Positions 1 through 10,007 of a DNA stretch of 64,000 bases are shown piece after piece (position 1 is the first letter of the stretch; every line of letters begins with the position of its first letter). The stretch covers positions 32,001 to 96,000 of the forward strand of contig JAYTOU010000038.1 of the NCBI GenBank assembly GCA_043747615.1. The letters are read 5' to 3'. The position numbers and the translations under genes were made by a program. The notes beneath the pieces are model-generated. The model did no database searches and was not told where the DNA came from. It saw nothing but the letters and a program-made list of their open reading frames with translations. This DNA is from Myxococcales bacterium. Lineage in GTDB: Bacteria; Myxococcota_A; Polyangia; Polyangiales; Polyangiaceae.

Positions 1-924
1 ACGAACGAGCTTGCGCGCATGAACGAAGCCATCCTCCTCACGGAGCGCGGCCTCGTCCTCGCCGCTCAAGGAGAGCACGATGCCGCCGAGAATGCGTGGC
101 GAGAGGCGATGACGCGTGATCCTTCGCGGTCGCCGGCGTTCATGCACCTCGCTTCGCTCGCTGTTCAGCGTGAGGACGGTAATGCGGCGACGGCGCTCGT
201 CGATCATGCGCTTGCTGCGCGTTCGTCGCATCCGGAAATCGTGCGCCGGGCGATCGCATTGGCCATGACTGCGGAGAGCGAGGGTCTCGCGCGTGCGGCA
301 CGGATCGCGGCGCTCGCGAGGAAGCTCATGGAGCGCGTTCCGGGTGACGCGTGGGGAGCGCTGATGCTGGGGCGGGCGCTTTCACAGCTCGGTGATCGGC
401 AAGAGGCGATTCACTACCTGACCCAAGCCGAGAGGCGCGCACCGGCGACCGCAGTTGCCGCCGAAGCTGAGCGTGCTCGCTTCACCCTCGAGGAGCCGCA
501 AGCCTCGATGGAGCTCGACGCGGTGATGCGGGCCGTGTTCCAAGTCCCGGTCGCGGACTTGCCATGGATCATCGCGCGGGCCAGACGCCTGGCCGACACC
601 TACGATCTCTGGCTGCCGCACTTTGCGCTGGGGATCGCGGCGCGGAGACGAAAAGCGTGGACCTCCGCGCGGAAATCGTTCGATGTGACGGTCGCGCGCG
701 TTCCTGGATTTGCGCCCGTTCACGCAGAGCTCGCCAGCGTCTGCCGCGCCCTGCATGATCTTCCCGCGGCGCTCACGCATGCCGAGCGGGCGCTCGAGAT
801 CGAGCCAGCGAACGAAGCCCACGTGGCACTCGTCGCAGCGGTCCGCGCCGCCGTCGCGCTCCCTCCGGTTTCTCCTTCGGCGTTCGAGCGGGTGTCCGAG
901 TTTTTCCGAAAACGTTCGACGTAG
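1..924 (+). CDS. TPR-repeat protein (5'-truncated by the window edge)
   Basis: Frame is open from position 1. Helical TPR-like repeats (AAENAWREAMTRDP, AIHYLTQAERRAP, ALTHAERALEIEP). Confidence 0.8.
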   Translation, partial: TNELARMNEAILLTERGLVLAAQGEHDAAENAWREAMTRDPSRSPAFMHLASLAVQREDGNAATALVDHALAARSSHPEIVRRAIALAMTAESEGLARAARIAALARKLMERVPGDAWGALMLGRALSQLGDRQEAIHYLTQAERRAPATAVAAEAERARFTLEEPQASMELDAVMRAVFQVPVADLPWIIARARRLADTYDLWLPHFALGIAARRRKAWTSARKSFDVTVARVPGFAPVHAELASVCRALHDLPAALTHAERALEIEPANEAHVALVAAVRAAVALPPVSPSAFERVSEFFRKRST

Positions 925-928
925 TGGG

Positions 929-1615
929 CTAACGGGATCCGCGCGCGCCGAAGATCGCCGTGCCCACGCGCACCAGCGTCGCTCCCGCGGCGACGGCGAT
1001 CTCGAGATCGTCGGACATCCCCATCGAGAGCTCGGGAAGGAGACTCACCCCACCGTGAAGGTTGCGAAGCGAGGCCAAGGTCTCGAACGCTTGGCGAGCG
1101 GCGTCATCATCTGCGGCGGGAGGCACGGTCATCAATCCGCGAACCAGCAAGGACGGCTGGTCTGCGATCGCCGCCATCACGTCGGCGATCTCGCTGGGTG
1201 CCGCTCCGTGCTTCTGCGGCTCACCGCTGACGTTCACCTCGATGAGCACGGGAAGCGGCGGGTGCGTGGCCGTCGCTCTGCGTCGTCCGAGCTCGCGTGC
1301 AAGCCCAACGCTGTCCACGGTGTGAACGACGTGCGCGTGCTTGGCGATGATCTTCGCTTTGTTGCTCTGAAGATGGCCGATGAAGTGCCATTCGATCCCT
1401 GGCAGATCGCCGAGCAGCGCGGCTTTTTCGCCGAGCTCTTGTGCGTAGTTCTCTCCGAATGCGCGCTGCCCCGCGGCGTACGCCTCGCGCACGGCGTCGG
1501 CGCTCTTCGTCTTGGAGACGGCCACCAGCTTCACCGCAGCGGGATCGCGGCCCACGACACGCGCGGCTTCGTCGATTCGTCGCCTCACCGCGGTGAGCGC
1601 GCTGGCGATACTCAT
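929..1615 (-). CDS. yggS: YggS family PLP homeostasis protein
   Basis: LVAVSKTK (PLP Lys), FGENYAQE, WHFIGHLQSNK, LSMGMSDD, VRVGTAIFG. True start is the ATG at 1615, which overlaps the upstream stop (TGATG). Confidence 0.95.
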   Translation of the reverse strand: MSIASALTAVRRRIDEAARVVGRDPAAVKLVAVSKTKSADAVREAYAAGQRAFGENYAQELGEKAALLGDLPGIEWHFIGHLQSNKAKIIAKHAHVVHTVDSVGLARELGRRRATATHPPLPVLIEVNVSGEPQKHGAAPSEIADVMAAIADQPSLLVRGLMTVPPAADDDAARQAFETLASLRNLHGGVSLLPELSMGMSDDLEIAVAAGATLVRVGTAIFGARGSR

Positions 1616-2424
1616 CACTCCGTCCAACCGCGGCGAACGCGCGCTTGCCACACCATCACGTCGCAGCCTGGGCCAAGCGGCCCACCGTGAAAGTCGCCGT
1701 GCAGCGTCTCCACTTCGAAGCCGTTGTAGTGAAGGAGCGCCTCCCACTCGCGCGGAAAAAACTGACGGTGCGCGAGCGGCGTAGTCCAGGCTTTTTCCGG
1801 CGCGTCGACGGGCTCGAACTCCATGGACACGAAGAGGATCTGTCTCGCTGCGTCGTAGTCGAAGTGCTCGCGATAGCGGACGACTGCGTCGATCGAGGGA
1901 TGGCGAAAGCGGGGGGCGTTGTAGGCGCGCTCCGGATCGCGCGTGAGATCGACGAGCTGCGGAACGGAGAGGTCGACCACGAACCGGCCACCGGGCGCGA
2001 GGTGGTGACGAACGCCGGCGAGAAAATGCTCCACGTCGTCGCGCGTGTAGAGGTGGAGCGCCGCATTGAAGGGGCACGTTACGAGCGGAAAGCGCTGGCG
2101 GAGTCGCCCGGTGCGCATGTCCGCTTTGTGAATCCGCACCCGCCGCCGGATCTCGGGGGACTCTTCTTTTAGCCGCGCACGCAGATCGGCGAGCATCGGG
2201 TCGGAGTGATCGATTCCGGTAACCTCGACGCCATGGCGCGCCGTAGGAAGCGCGATGCGACCGTTGCCGATCCCGTACTCGAGAACGGGCCCGCCATTTT
2301 TCTGAGCAAGGCCCACGTAAAATTGCACGTCGTCGATGCGACGGCGGTAGGTCGACGTGTAGTACTGAGCGTCGTCGTAATGAGCGAGAGCCCCCGCTTG
2401 GAGCTCCCGGTCGACCTTGGTCAA
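1615..2424 (-). CDS. Class I SAM-dependent methyltransferase
   Basis: Motif I VLEYGIGNGR, VTGIDHSDPML, HKADMR, HLAPGGRFVVD. Confidence 0.88.
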   Translation of the reverse strand: MTKVDRELQAGALAHYDDAQYYTSTYRRRIDDVQFYVGLAQKNGGPVLEYGIGNGRIALPTARHGVEVTGIDHSDPMLADLRARLKEESPEIRRRVRIHKADMRTGRLRQRFPLVTCPFNAALHLYTRDDVEHFLAGVRHHLAPGGRFVVDLSVPQLVDLTRDPERAYNAPRFRHPSIDAVVRYREHFDYDAARQILFVSMEFEPVDAPEKAWTTPLAHRQFFPREWEALLHYNGFEVETLHGDFHGGPLGPGCDVMVWQARVRRGWTE

Positions 2425-2438
2425 AGGTCGGGCTCGGG

Positions 2439-2681
2439 TCAGGTCAGGCCGGCTTTACGCTGCGACTCGATCCACTCCTGGACTGCCTCGTGGCTGCTCC
2501 GATCGAAGTGCACGCGACCTGCCGCGATCTCGCGAAGGGCCGTGACGGCCGCCTTGTTCTTCGAATGGACCAGGGGGGTTGCACCCTTCATCAGCTGACG
2601 CGTACGGTGCGCGGCTAGGACGACGAGAGCAAAACGGTTTTCCTCGCGCTCGAGGCAATCTTCAACGGTGACGCGGGCCAT
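2439..2681 (-). CDS. rpoZ: RNA polymerase omega subunit
   Basis: [34 protein letters not shown] signature; AGGAG RBS. Confidence 0.96.
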   Translation of the reverse strand: MARVTVEDCLEREENRFALVVLAAHRTRQLMKGATPLVHSKNKAAVTALREIAAGRVHFDRSSHEAVQEWIESQRKAGLT

Positions 2682-2869
2682 CTTTGTAAACTCCTAGCCG
2701 ACCTTCGGAAGGCTGTGCCGCGTGATTCGCATCACGCGGTCTAATTGCGGAAACGGGAGAGGCACCTTAGTTCCGTGGGGCACGAAGGGCAAGCTGCCGT
2801 GCCGTCAAGAGGCAAAATCCCCTCGATTTGGCCTAACGCGGGCCCGTTCGAAGTGCGACATTGGCTGGC

Positions 2870-3760
2870 ATGGCTTCCGACAACAAGGATCGCGACATCG
2901 GGAAGCTGATCAAGGACAAGTGGCGTATCGACGCCCGTCTTGGCGAAGGCGGAACAGCGATCGTGTACGCCGCCACCCACCGCAACGGAGGCAAGGTGGC
3001 CATCAAAGTCCTCCGCCCCGAGATCGCGCGAACCAGCGATTTCAAGGTCCGCTTTCTTCGCGAGGGCTACGCCGCGAACGCCATCAAGCACCGCGGCGTC
3101 GTCCGGGTGCTCGACGACGACGTCATGGACGACGGCTCCGTTTTCTTGGTGATGGATATGCTCGAGGGCGAATCCCTCTCGGTCCGCGCCGCCGCCCGTG
3201 GAGGGGCGATTCCGCTCGAGGAGATGCTGCCCATCGCAGACAAGCTCCTCGAAATCCTCACCGCCGCCCACGCGCAGCACATCGTTCACCGTGACATCAA
3301 ACCTGACAACGTCTTCCTCACTCACGACGGCGACTTACGCGTCCTCGACTTTGGGCTTGCGCGGATGAAGCCCCTCGTCGAGGCGTTCAAGCTCGAGGCC
3401 ACCGGTACGGGTGTCGTCCTCGGGACGCTCGATTACATGTCGCCGGAGCAAGCGCGCGCCGAGAACACCGAGGTCGACGAGCGCTCGGATCTCTGGGCGG
3501 TGGGTGCAACGATTTACACGATGCTCTCGGGCCGCCGGGTGCACTCCGGAAAAATGATGCACGAGTACCTCGTCGCCACGGCCAACGAGACGCCCCGTTC
3601 TCTGGCCGTGATGGCGCCGCACGTTCCGGCCGAGGTGGTGGCGGTCGTCGATCGCGCGCTCGCTCTCGCGAAGGATCATCGCTGGTCGACGGCGAGGGAA
3701 ATGCAACAAGCGTTGCGGGCCGCTCATCCCTCGGCGGCGCTCGCTCTCACGCCGTTCTGA
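2870..3760 (+). CDS. Ser/Thr protein kinase (kinase domain only)
   Basis: GEGGTAIV, VAIK, HRDIKPDN, DFG, YMSPEQ, DLWAVG. Confidence 0.93.
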   Translation: MASDNKDRDIGKLIKDKWRIDARLGEGGTAIVYAATHRNGGKVAIKVLRPEIARTSDFKVRFLREGYAANAIKHRGVVRVLDDDVMDDGSVFLVMDMLEGESLSVRAAARGGAIPLEEMLPIADKLLEILTAAHAQHIVHRDIKPDNVFLTHDGDLRVLDFGLARMKPLVEAFKLEATGTGVVLGTLDYMSPEQARAENTEVDERSDLWAVGATIYTMLSGRRVHSGKMMHEYLVATANETPRSLAVMAPHVPAEVVAVVDRALALAKDHRWSTAREMQQALRAAHPSAALALTPF

Positions 3761-3800
3761 GGATGCTCCGCCTTACGTGGGTGGGGCGAGCGGCATCGAG

Positions 3801-3891
<91 letters not shown>

Positions 3892-4006
3892 CGAAGGGGC
3901 ACGACCCTAGCCGAACTTGCGCCGCGGCGCCACGCTCACCACGCCGTCGCTCGCCGCCGAACGCACAGATCCCCTGTGCGCACAGTCCTGTGCGTATGGT
4001 GAGCGC

Positions 4007-5050
4007 ATGAACGAAGCGACTTTCCCGGTCCACAGCACGGATCCGGGCCACGTGCCGATCGAGCGCCCGAACTTGCCGCAGCGCATCGCGCTCGGTGCGA
4101 TCAACGATCCGCGTGATGTCCCGTTCGTGCAATTGATCGTCGTGCTCACGGTCGTCATGTGGCCGTCGGCGATCTACCTGGCGTGGCCGGGGAACTTCCG
4201 CTGGTGGCTCGCGGTGCCGTACTTCGTGATGTTCGTGTTCTTCCTCGGGCCGTTCATCCTCATGCTGCACAACACCTGCCACCGAAAGCTCTTCAACAAG
4301 CGGTTCGCGTGGATGAACGCGTACATCCCGTGGGTGCTTGGTCCGCTTTTCGGCGAATCTCCGGAGACGTACAACGCGCACCACGTCGGGATGCACCACA
4401 CCGAGAACAATCTCGACGACGATCTCAGCTCGACGATGCGCTTTCAGCGAGATAGCTTCTTCGATTTCTCACGGTATTTCGTGCGGTTTTTTACGATCGG
4501 CCTGGGCGAGCTCATCACGTACTTTGCGCGTCGCCGTCGCTACGTGCTCATGCGCCGGACGATCATCGGCGAGCTGTCGTTCTTCGTCGCCACGGCCGCG
4601 CTCTTCTACGTGAGCTGGCGCGCCGCTCTCGTGATTCTCGTGATCCCTTTCGTGGTCACTCGGTTCGCCATGATGGCCGGCAACTGGGCGCAGCACGCGT
4701 TCATCGACGCCGCTTCGCCCGAGAACAATTACCGCAACAGCATCACGTGCATCAACACCACGTACAACGAGCGCTGCTTCAACGACGGCTATCACATCGG
4801 CCATCACTTGAAGCGGACCCAGCACTGGACGGAGATGCCGGGCGAGTTCAACACCAACAGCGCCGAGTACCTCGCCGAAGGAGCGATTGTCTTTCAAGGT
4901 GTCGACTTCTTCGTGGTGTGGATCTTCCTGATGCTCAAACGCTACGACTGGCTCGCGGCGCGCTTCGTTCGTCTTGGTGATGACCGCCGAACCCCGGCGG
5001 AGATCGATGCCTTTCTTCGCGTCCGCACCCAGCGGATCGTTGCGGCTTAA
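4007..5050 (+). CDS. Membrane-bound fatty acid desaturase family protein
   Basis: Three His boxes (HNTCH, HHVGMHH, HIGHH) separated by hydrophobic segments. Confidence 0.85.
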   Translation: MNEATFPVHSTDPGHVPIERPNLPQRIALGAINDPRDVPFVQLIVVLTVVMWPSAIYLAWPGNFRWWLAVPYFVMFVFFLGPFILMLHNTCHRKLFNKRFAWMNAYIPWVLGPLFGESPETYNAHHVGMHHTENNLDDDLSSTMRFQRDSFFDFSRYFVRFFTIGLGELITYFARRRRYVLMRRTIIGELSFFVATAALFYVSWRAALVILVIPFVVTRFAMMAGNWAQHAFIDAASPENNYRNSITCINTTYNERCFNDGYHIGHHLKRTQHWTEMPGEFNTNSAEYLAEGAIVFQGVDFFVVWIFLMLKRYDWLAARFVRLGDDRRTPAEIDAFLRVRTQRIVAA

Positions 5051-5084
5051 ATAAAAACGGGACGACCCTTTTGGGATCGTCCCG
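5051..5084 (-). terminator. Rho-independent terminator for the 5144-6043 gene (possibly bidirectional)
   Basis: Hairpin CGGGACGA-CCC-TTTT-GGG-A-TCGTCCCG, followed on the minus strand by TTTTTATTT. Confidence 0.75.
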
Positions 5085-5143
5085 CGTCTGAGTCGCCTAG
5101 TCGGATGGCCACTCGCCTCCCGTGAGGCGAGTGACGCGAACGC

Positions 5144-6043
5144 TCACTTGGCCTTGTCGCGACAGACGATGTGCGTCTTCTTACCGAAGGGCGTACCCGC
5201 GTCGGATCCGCCCGTGATGTAGAGCTCGCAGTCCTTGTCCGTGTCGCAGCCCGTGTACGTGCACACGTTCGAGATGCACGAGTAGAAGGAGTACTCCTTG
5301 GGGTTGCCGCACTCGAGGTCGGTCTGGCAAGGGACCGTGCACTTCGTGTCCTTGCCGCACTTTGCTTCGACGTTCTTCGTTGCCGCGACGCACTCGCGAT
5401 CCGACTTGCAGCCCGAAGCCGCGCATTTGCCGTCGGTGCAGCGCTCGAATCCGGCGCAGTCGCCGTCACCCTGGCAGGGGGGCTGGCACTCGCCGACGCT
5501 GGTATTGCAGGTGTCGCCGGAGCGGCAGTCTGCGTCCGTCAGGCAGAGGGAGCACTGACCGCTCGCGCATTTGTACGGACCGGTCGTCGATCCGCCATTG
5601 CAGTCGGGGTCGGTGTTGCAGTGGCTGTGGCACGCGCCGTTATCGCAGGAGAACTTGGAGCCGTCGCACTGGCAGTACTGCTTGTACTCGTTGCAGGAGA
5701 AACTCATTGGGCCGCCGGTCATGCACTGCATGTTCAAAGACACGCAATCGATCCCGGTGGGGACGGTGGGGCAGCAGTCGACGGGCTGCGCGCAGGCGAT
5801 GATCGCGCACTCCTTGGCCGTCGCGGCGACGTGGAACACGCCAACGACGCAGATGCCTCCGTTACCGGAGGGGGCCGGCACGCAAGAGAGCGGGCTCGAA
5901 CAGTCGGACGTGGTCTGACACTCTTCGCCCTTTTGCGACGCACGCACCACAGGATCACTTTTGCAACCGCCGAGCACCGTGCTCACCGATGCCACCATGA
6001 TGGTGAGGAGGAGCGCCCAGGAAAAAACGGTAGTCTTCTTCAT
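5144..6043 (-). CDS. Cysteine-rich repeat lipoprotein
   Basis: Signal peptide with VLGG-C lipobox; repeated C-x-x-D-x-[DE]-C units. Confidence 0.8.
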   Translation of the reverse strand: MKKTTVFSWALLLTIMVASVSTVLGGCKSDPVVRASQKGEECQTTSDCSSPLSCVPAPSGNGGICVVGVFHVAATAKECAIIACAQPVDCCPTVPTGIDCVSLNMQCMTGGPMSFSCNEYKQYCQCDGSKFSCDNGACHSHCNTDPDCNGGSTTGPYKCASGQCSLCLTDADCRSGDTCNTSVGECQPPCQGDGDCAGFERCTDGKCAASGCKSDRECVAATKNVEAKCGKDTKCTVPCQTDLECGNPKEYSFYSCISNVCTYTGCDTDKDCELYITGGSDAGTPFGKKTHIVCRDKAK

Positions 6044-6322
6044 GTTTGGTTCTCGAAGTAAAAGTTGGCCGTCGTTAAGCCGCCAAGGCCACGTGCCGGG
6101 GGGAAAGGCGGTTGGAGAGCGCCTGCGGAATTTGACCGCAAACGCACTTCCAGCCCCTCATACGCTGCCGATGCTCGAACCCTTCCCCAGAAAACATGAC
6201 CCAACGGAGCCCTCGATCAGCGCGGAAATTAGCACCCAGCGCGACTGAAGGGAAGAATCCGAAGTTTTAGGGGCGACGCGCTTTCGAACCTCTCCGGCCA
6301 CCCCCCTCATTCGCCGCGACGC

Positions 6323-9199
6323 TCAGCGCTGCTCTTCGTAGGCCTCGATCGGCAGGCACGTGCACACCAGGTTTCGATCACCGAGTGCGTTGTTCAGGCG
6401 CCCAACCGGCGGCCAGAACTTTCGTTCTCTCGTCCACTTCGCGGGAAACGCGGCCGTTTCACGGGTGTAGGGGTGCGTCCATTCGCTGCTCACGACGGCG
6501 TCGGCAGTGTGCGGCGCGTGCTTGAGGGGGTTGTCATCCCGCGGCGCCTTGCCCTCTTCAATGAGTCGGATCTCTTCGCGGATGAAGATCATCGCGTCGC
6601 AGAAACGATCGATCTCCGCCTTCGATTCGCTCTCCGTGGGCTCGATCATCAGTGTCCCCGGAATGGGGAATGACATCGTCGGCGCGTGAAAGCCGTAATC
6701 CATGAGCCGCTTGGCCACGTCGTCGACCTCGATGCCCGCCGTTTTTTTGAACGGACGCATGTCGAGAATGCACTCGTGGGCCACGCGCCCCTTCTTGCCG
6801 CGGTAGACAACTTGGTAATGCGCGCTCAATCGCTCGGCAATGTAATTGGCATTCAAGATAGCCAGCTTCGTGGCCCGGGTGAGGCCGTCGCCGCCCATCA
6901 TCTGGATATAGGCCCAGCTGATGAGGAGGATGCTCGCGCTCCCCCACGGCGCTGCTGAAATCGAGCCGATTCCGTCTTTGTGACCAAGCGTGATCACGGG
7001 GTGAGTGGGGAGGAATTTCACCAGATGAGCGGCGACGCCAATCGGCCCCATGCCCGGACCGCCGCCGCCATGCGGAATGCAAAATGTCTTGTGCAAATTC
7101 AGATGGCAGACGTCGGCGCCGATGTCTCCCGGGCGGCACAGACCAACCTGCGCGTTCATGTTCGCGCCGTCCATGTACACCTGACCGCCGTTCTCGTGGA
7201 CGATGGCGCAGATGCGCTTGATCTCTTCTTCGAAGACGCCGTGGGTCGACGGGTAGGTGACCATGAGCGCAGCGAGCTTGTCTTTGTGCTCCTTCGCCTT
7301 CGCTTCCAGATCCACCAGATCGACGTTGCCGGACGTGTCGCATTTCACGACCACCACCTCGAGGCCGGCCATCACCGCCGAGGCTGGGTTCGTGCCATGC
7401 GCCGACGAGGGAATGAGGCAGATGGTGCGCTGCAGGTCTCCGCGTTGATGGTGGTACTTGCGAATGACGAGGAGCCCCGAATATTCGCCCTGTGAGCCGG
7501 CGTTCGGTTGGAGCGAGATGCCTGCAAAACCCGTGATTTCCGCGAGCGCGCCCTCGAGCTGCTGAAAGACCTGCTGGTAGCCTTTGGTCTGGGTGAGGGG
7601 GGCGAAGGGGTGGATGCGATTGAATTCCGGCTCGGTGATCGGAATCATCTCCGCCGTCGCGTTCAGCTTCATCGTGCACGAGCCGAGCGGGATCATCGAG
7701 TGGGTGAGGGAGAGATCGCGACCCTCGAGCATCCGCATGTAGCGGAGGATCTCCGTCTCGGAGTGATGCGTGTTGAAGACCGGGTGACGGAGGAAAGACG
7801 TGTGGCGCTGGAGCGGCTTCGGGACCCCAGCGAGGGATTCGACGGCGTCGGGGGAAAGAGCGTGAGACCCGCCAAAGACGCCAACGACTTGTTGCACGTC
7901 GGCGAGAGAGGTCGTCTCGTCCAGGCTGATCCCGATGGTCTCGGCGTCGATCCGGCGGAGATTGATCTGCTTGGCTTCGGCCGCAGTCATCCACGACGAG
8001 ATCTCTGCCGTCGTTCCTTTCACCGCAAGGGTGTCGAACCACGAATCGTTTTTGATCTCGATTTTCAGGCCTTTCAAGCCCGACGCGAGGAGGCTCGTCA
8101 GATCGTGAACCAATCCGGCGATCCCGCGAATGCCTCGCGGTCCGTGGTAGACGGCGTACATGCTCGCGACGACCGCGAGGAGTGCTTGCGCCGTGCAGAT
8201 GTTGCTCGTCGCCTTCTCGCGGCGAATGTGTTGCTCGCGCGTCTGGAGCGCCATGCGGAGCGCGGGCTTTCCTTGGGCGTCCTCCGAGACCCCGATGATC
8301 CGCCCGGGCAGCTTGCGCACGAAGTCAGGCTTGGTGGCGAAGTACGCGGCGTGCGGACCGCCGTAGCCGAGCGGCACTCCGAAGCGCTGCGTATTTCCGA
8401 CAGCCACGTCTGCTCCGAATTCGCCGGGCGGCGTGAGCAGCGCGAGACTCAGGATGTCGGCGGCCACGATGAAGAGCCCGCCTTCGTCATGCACCGCTTG
8501 ACCGAACGCGCGGTAGTCGAGGACGGCGCCGTCGGTCGTTGGGTACTGCACGAGAGCTCCGAAGACTTTCGAGCTCAACGAGGCAAAATCCACGGTGTGA
8601 TGCGCTGCGACGACGACGTCGATTCCGATGGCCTCGGCGCGCGTCTGCACGACGTCGATGGTCTGCGGGTGACACGCCGCTGAGACGAAGAAGACGTTCT
8701 GCGTGTCGCTTCCCCTGAATGCGTAGGCCAGATGCATCGCTTCGGCGGCAGCGGTCGCTTCGTCGAGGAGCGATGCGTTCGCCACTTCGAGGCCTGTGAG
8801 ATCGCTCACCATGGTCTGGAAGTTCAAAAGCGCCTCGAGTCGCCCCTGCGCGATCTCCGCCTGGTACGGCGTGTACTGCGTGTACCACCCCGGGTTCTGC
8901 ACGATGTTGCGGAGGATCACCGGCGGCGTGATGCAGTCCGAGTAGCCCATCCCGATGAGGGAGCGAAACACCTGGTTTTTCGCGCCTAGATCACGGGCAA
9001 GCTCGAGGAGCGCGTGCTCCGTTTTTCCCTCGGGGAGATCGAGCGCGTGCCGAAGCCGGATGGTCTGGGGGATGGTCTCATCGATGAGCGCGTCGAGGGA
9101 GGCGGCCTTCACCTCCCGTAACATCAGAGCGATCTCCTCGGCGTTCGGACCGATATGGCGGTCGACGAAACGATCGGGGTGTTTCAATTGGACGGGCAT
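6323..9199 (-). CDS. gcvP: Glycine dehydrogenase (decarboxylating), P protein, single-chain
   Basis: [46 protein letters not shown] (PLP Lys); 958 aa. Confidence 0.98.
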   Translation of the reverse strand: MPVQLKHPDRFVDRHIGPNAEEIALMLREVKAASLDALIDETIPQTIRLRHALDLPEGKTEHALLELARDLGAKNQVFRSLIGMGYSDCITPPVILRNIVQNPGWYTQYTPYQAEIAQGRLEALLNFQTMVSDLTGLEVANASLLDEATAAAEAMHLAYAFRGSDTQNVFFVSAACHPQTIDVVQTRAEAIGIDVVVAAHHTVDFASLSSKVFGALVQYPTTDGAVLDYRAFGQAVHDEGGLFIVAADILSLALLTPPGEFGADVAVGNTQRFGVPLGYGGPHAAYFATKPDFVRKLPGRIIGVSEDAQGKPALRMALQTREQHIRREKATSNICTAQALLAVVASMYAVYHGPRGIRGIAGLVHDLTSLLASGLKGLKIEIKNDSWFDTLAVKGTTAEISSWMTAAEAKQINLRRIDAETIGISLDETTSLADVQQVVGVFGGSHALSPDAVESLAGVPKPLQRHTSFLRHPVFNTHHSETEILRYMRMLEGRDLSLTHSMIPLGSCTMKLNATAEMIPITEPEFNRIHPFAPLTQTKGYQQVFQQLEGALAEITGFAGISLQPNAGSQGEYSGLLVIRKYHHQRGDLQRTICLIPSSAHGTNPASAVMAGLEVVVVKCDTSGNVDLVDLEAKAKEHKDKLAALMVTYPSTHGVFEEEIKRICAIVHENGGQVYMDGANMNAQVGLCRPGDIGADVCHLNLHKTFCIPHGGGGPGMGPIGVAAHLVKFLPTHPVITLGHKDGIGSISAAPWGSASILLISWAYIQMMGGDGLTRATKLAILNANYIAERLSAHYQVVYRGKKGRVAHECILDMRPFKKTAGIEVDDVAKRLMDYGFHAPTMSFPIPGTLMIEPTESESKAEIDRFCDAMIFIREEIRLIEEGKAPRDDNPLKHAPHTADAVVSSEWTHPYTRETAAFPAKWTRERKFWPPVGRLNNALGDRNLVCTCLPIEAYEEQR

Positions 9200-9288
9200 G
9201 GGTCTCCTCGGACGATAGGGTCACTATCTTGCCGGGTGGAGATCGCGCATGCAATGCCAGCTCCGGCGTTCGGTCGTATACTCCGCGA

Positions 9289-9504
9289 ATGCGCGTTCTT
9301 TTCGGGATGATTGCGCTCGCCGCCTTGACCGCCTGCCCGCCGAGCTCTGGAACGGGCTCGAAGGGAAGCCCCTCCGATCCCGTGGCGACGTGCACGAAGG
9401 CGGGCGTCGCCTGCACCTTCAAAGAAGGCAAGCTTGGCCTTTGTGTGGCAGGGACGGAGCCGTGCGACGGCCAAGTCTGCTACGTGTGCCAGTCTCAGCA
9501 CTGA
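9289..9504 (+). CDS. Small Cys-rich lipoprotein (71 aa)
   Basis: MRVLFGMIALAALTA-C lipobox; six further Cys; ends CYVCQSQH. Confidence 0.65.
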   Translation: MRVLFGMIALAALTACPPSSGTGSKGSPSDPVATCTKAGVACTFKEGKLGLCVAGTEPCDGQVCYVCQSQH

Positions 9505-10007
9505 TGTTTTTTCAGCTCGTGAGCGAGGAGCCACCGCTTGCGATCGAGTCCGCCGCCGTAACCCCCTAGGGTGTGATCACTTCGGATCACGCGGTGGCAA
9601 GGGATGACCACGGCGATGGGGTTTGCGCCGTTCGCAGTGCCGACCGCGCGCACCGCACCCGGAGAGCCGACGGCGATGGCGATGCTCTTGTAGGACGCCG
9701 TCGTGCCCGAAGGGATCGTCCGGAGCGCGTCCCAAACGCGCCGCTGAAAAGAAGTACCACCCGGCTCCACCGCCAGCGCATCCAGCGCGTCGATTTCACC
9801 TTCGACGTACGCGGCGACGGCGCGCGCGATTTTTCCTTCCTCACCCAGCCGATTGTTTCGCTCGAAGAAACTAGGGTGATCGAAGCGTTTCGCGAGACCC
9901 TCGACGAGATCCAGTTGCGCGAAACCGAGGGCGTAGAGGGTCTCGTCGCTCACGGCGATGACCAGGTTTCCGATGGGCGTAGAGATCGTCGAAATTTCAA
10001 ATCGCAT
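9495..10007 (-). CDS. ogt: Methylated-DNA--protein-cysteine methyltransferase
   Basis: GTSFQRRVW, RAVGTANGANP, active-site IPCHRV. Start is the ATG at 10007. Confidence 0.93.
   Translation of the reverse strand: MRFEISTISTPIGNLVIAVSDETLYALGFAQLDLVEGLAKRFDHPSFFERNNRLGEEGKIARAVAAYVEGEIDALDALAVEPGGTSFQRRVWDALRTIPSGTTASYKSIAIAVGSPGAVRAVGTANGANPIAVVIPCHRVIRSDHTLGGYGGGLDRKRWLLAHELKKHQC

Noticed and set aside
929..2077. Over-extended ORF starts (also 9495-10331, 9997-11712, 15577-18003, 34697-35911, 43062-45752)
   Set aside because: The N-terminal extensions overlap neighbouring genes; internal starts with RBS or stop/start coupling fit the family N-termini.
2789..2804. Sigma54 promoter upstream of rpoZ (CGGCAC-N6-TTGC, minus strand)
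   Set aside because: The -24/-12 spacing is one base too long.
9200..9288. Glycine riboswitch upstream of gcvP
   Set aside because: Only about 90 bp of intergenic space, and no aptamer consensus (GGAGA..CCGAAG..CTCTCAGG) visible.
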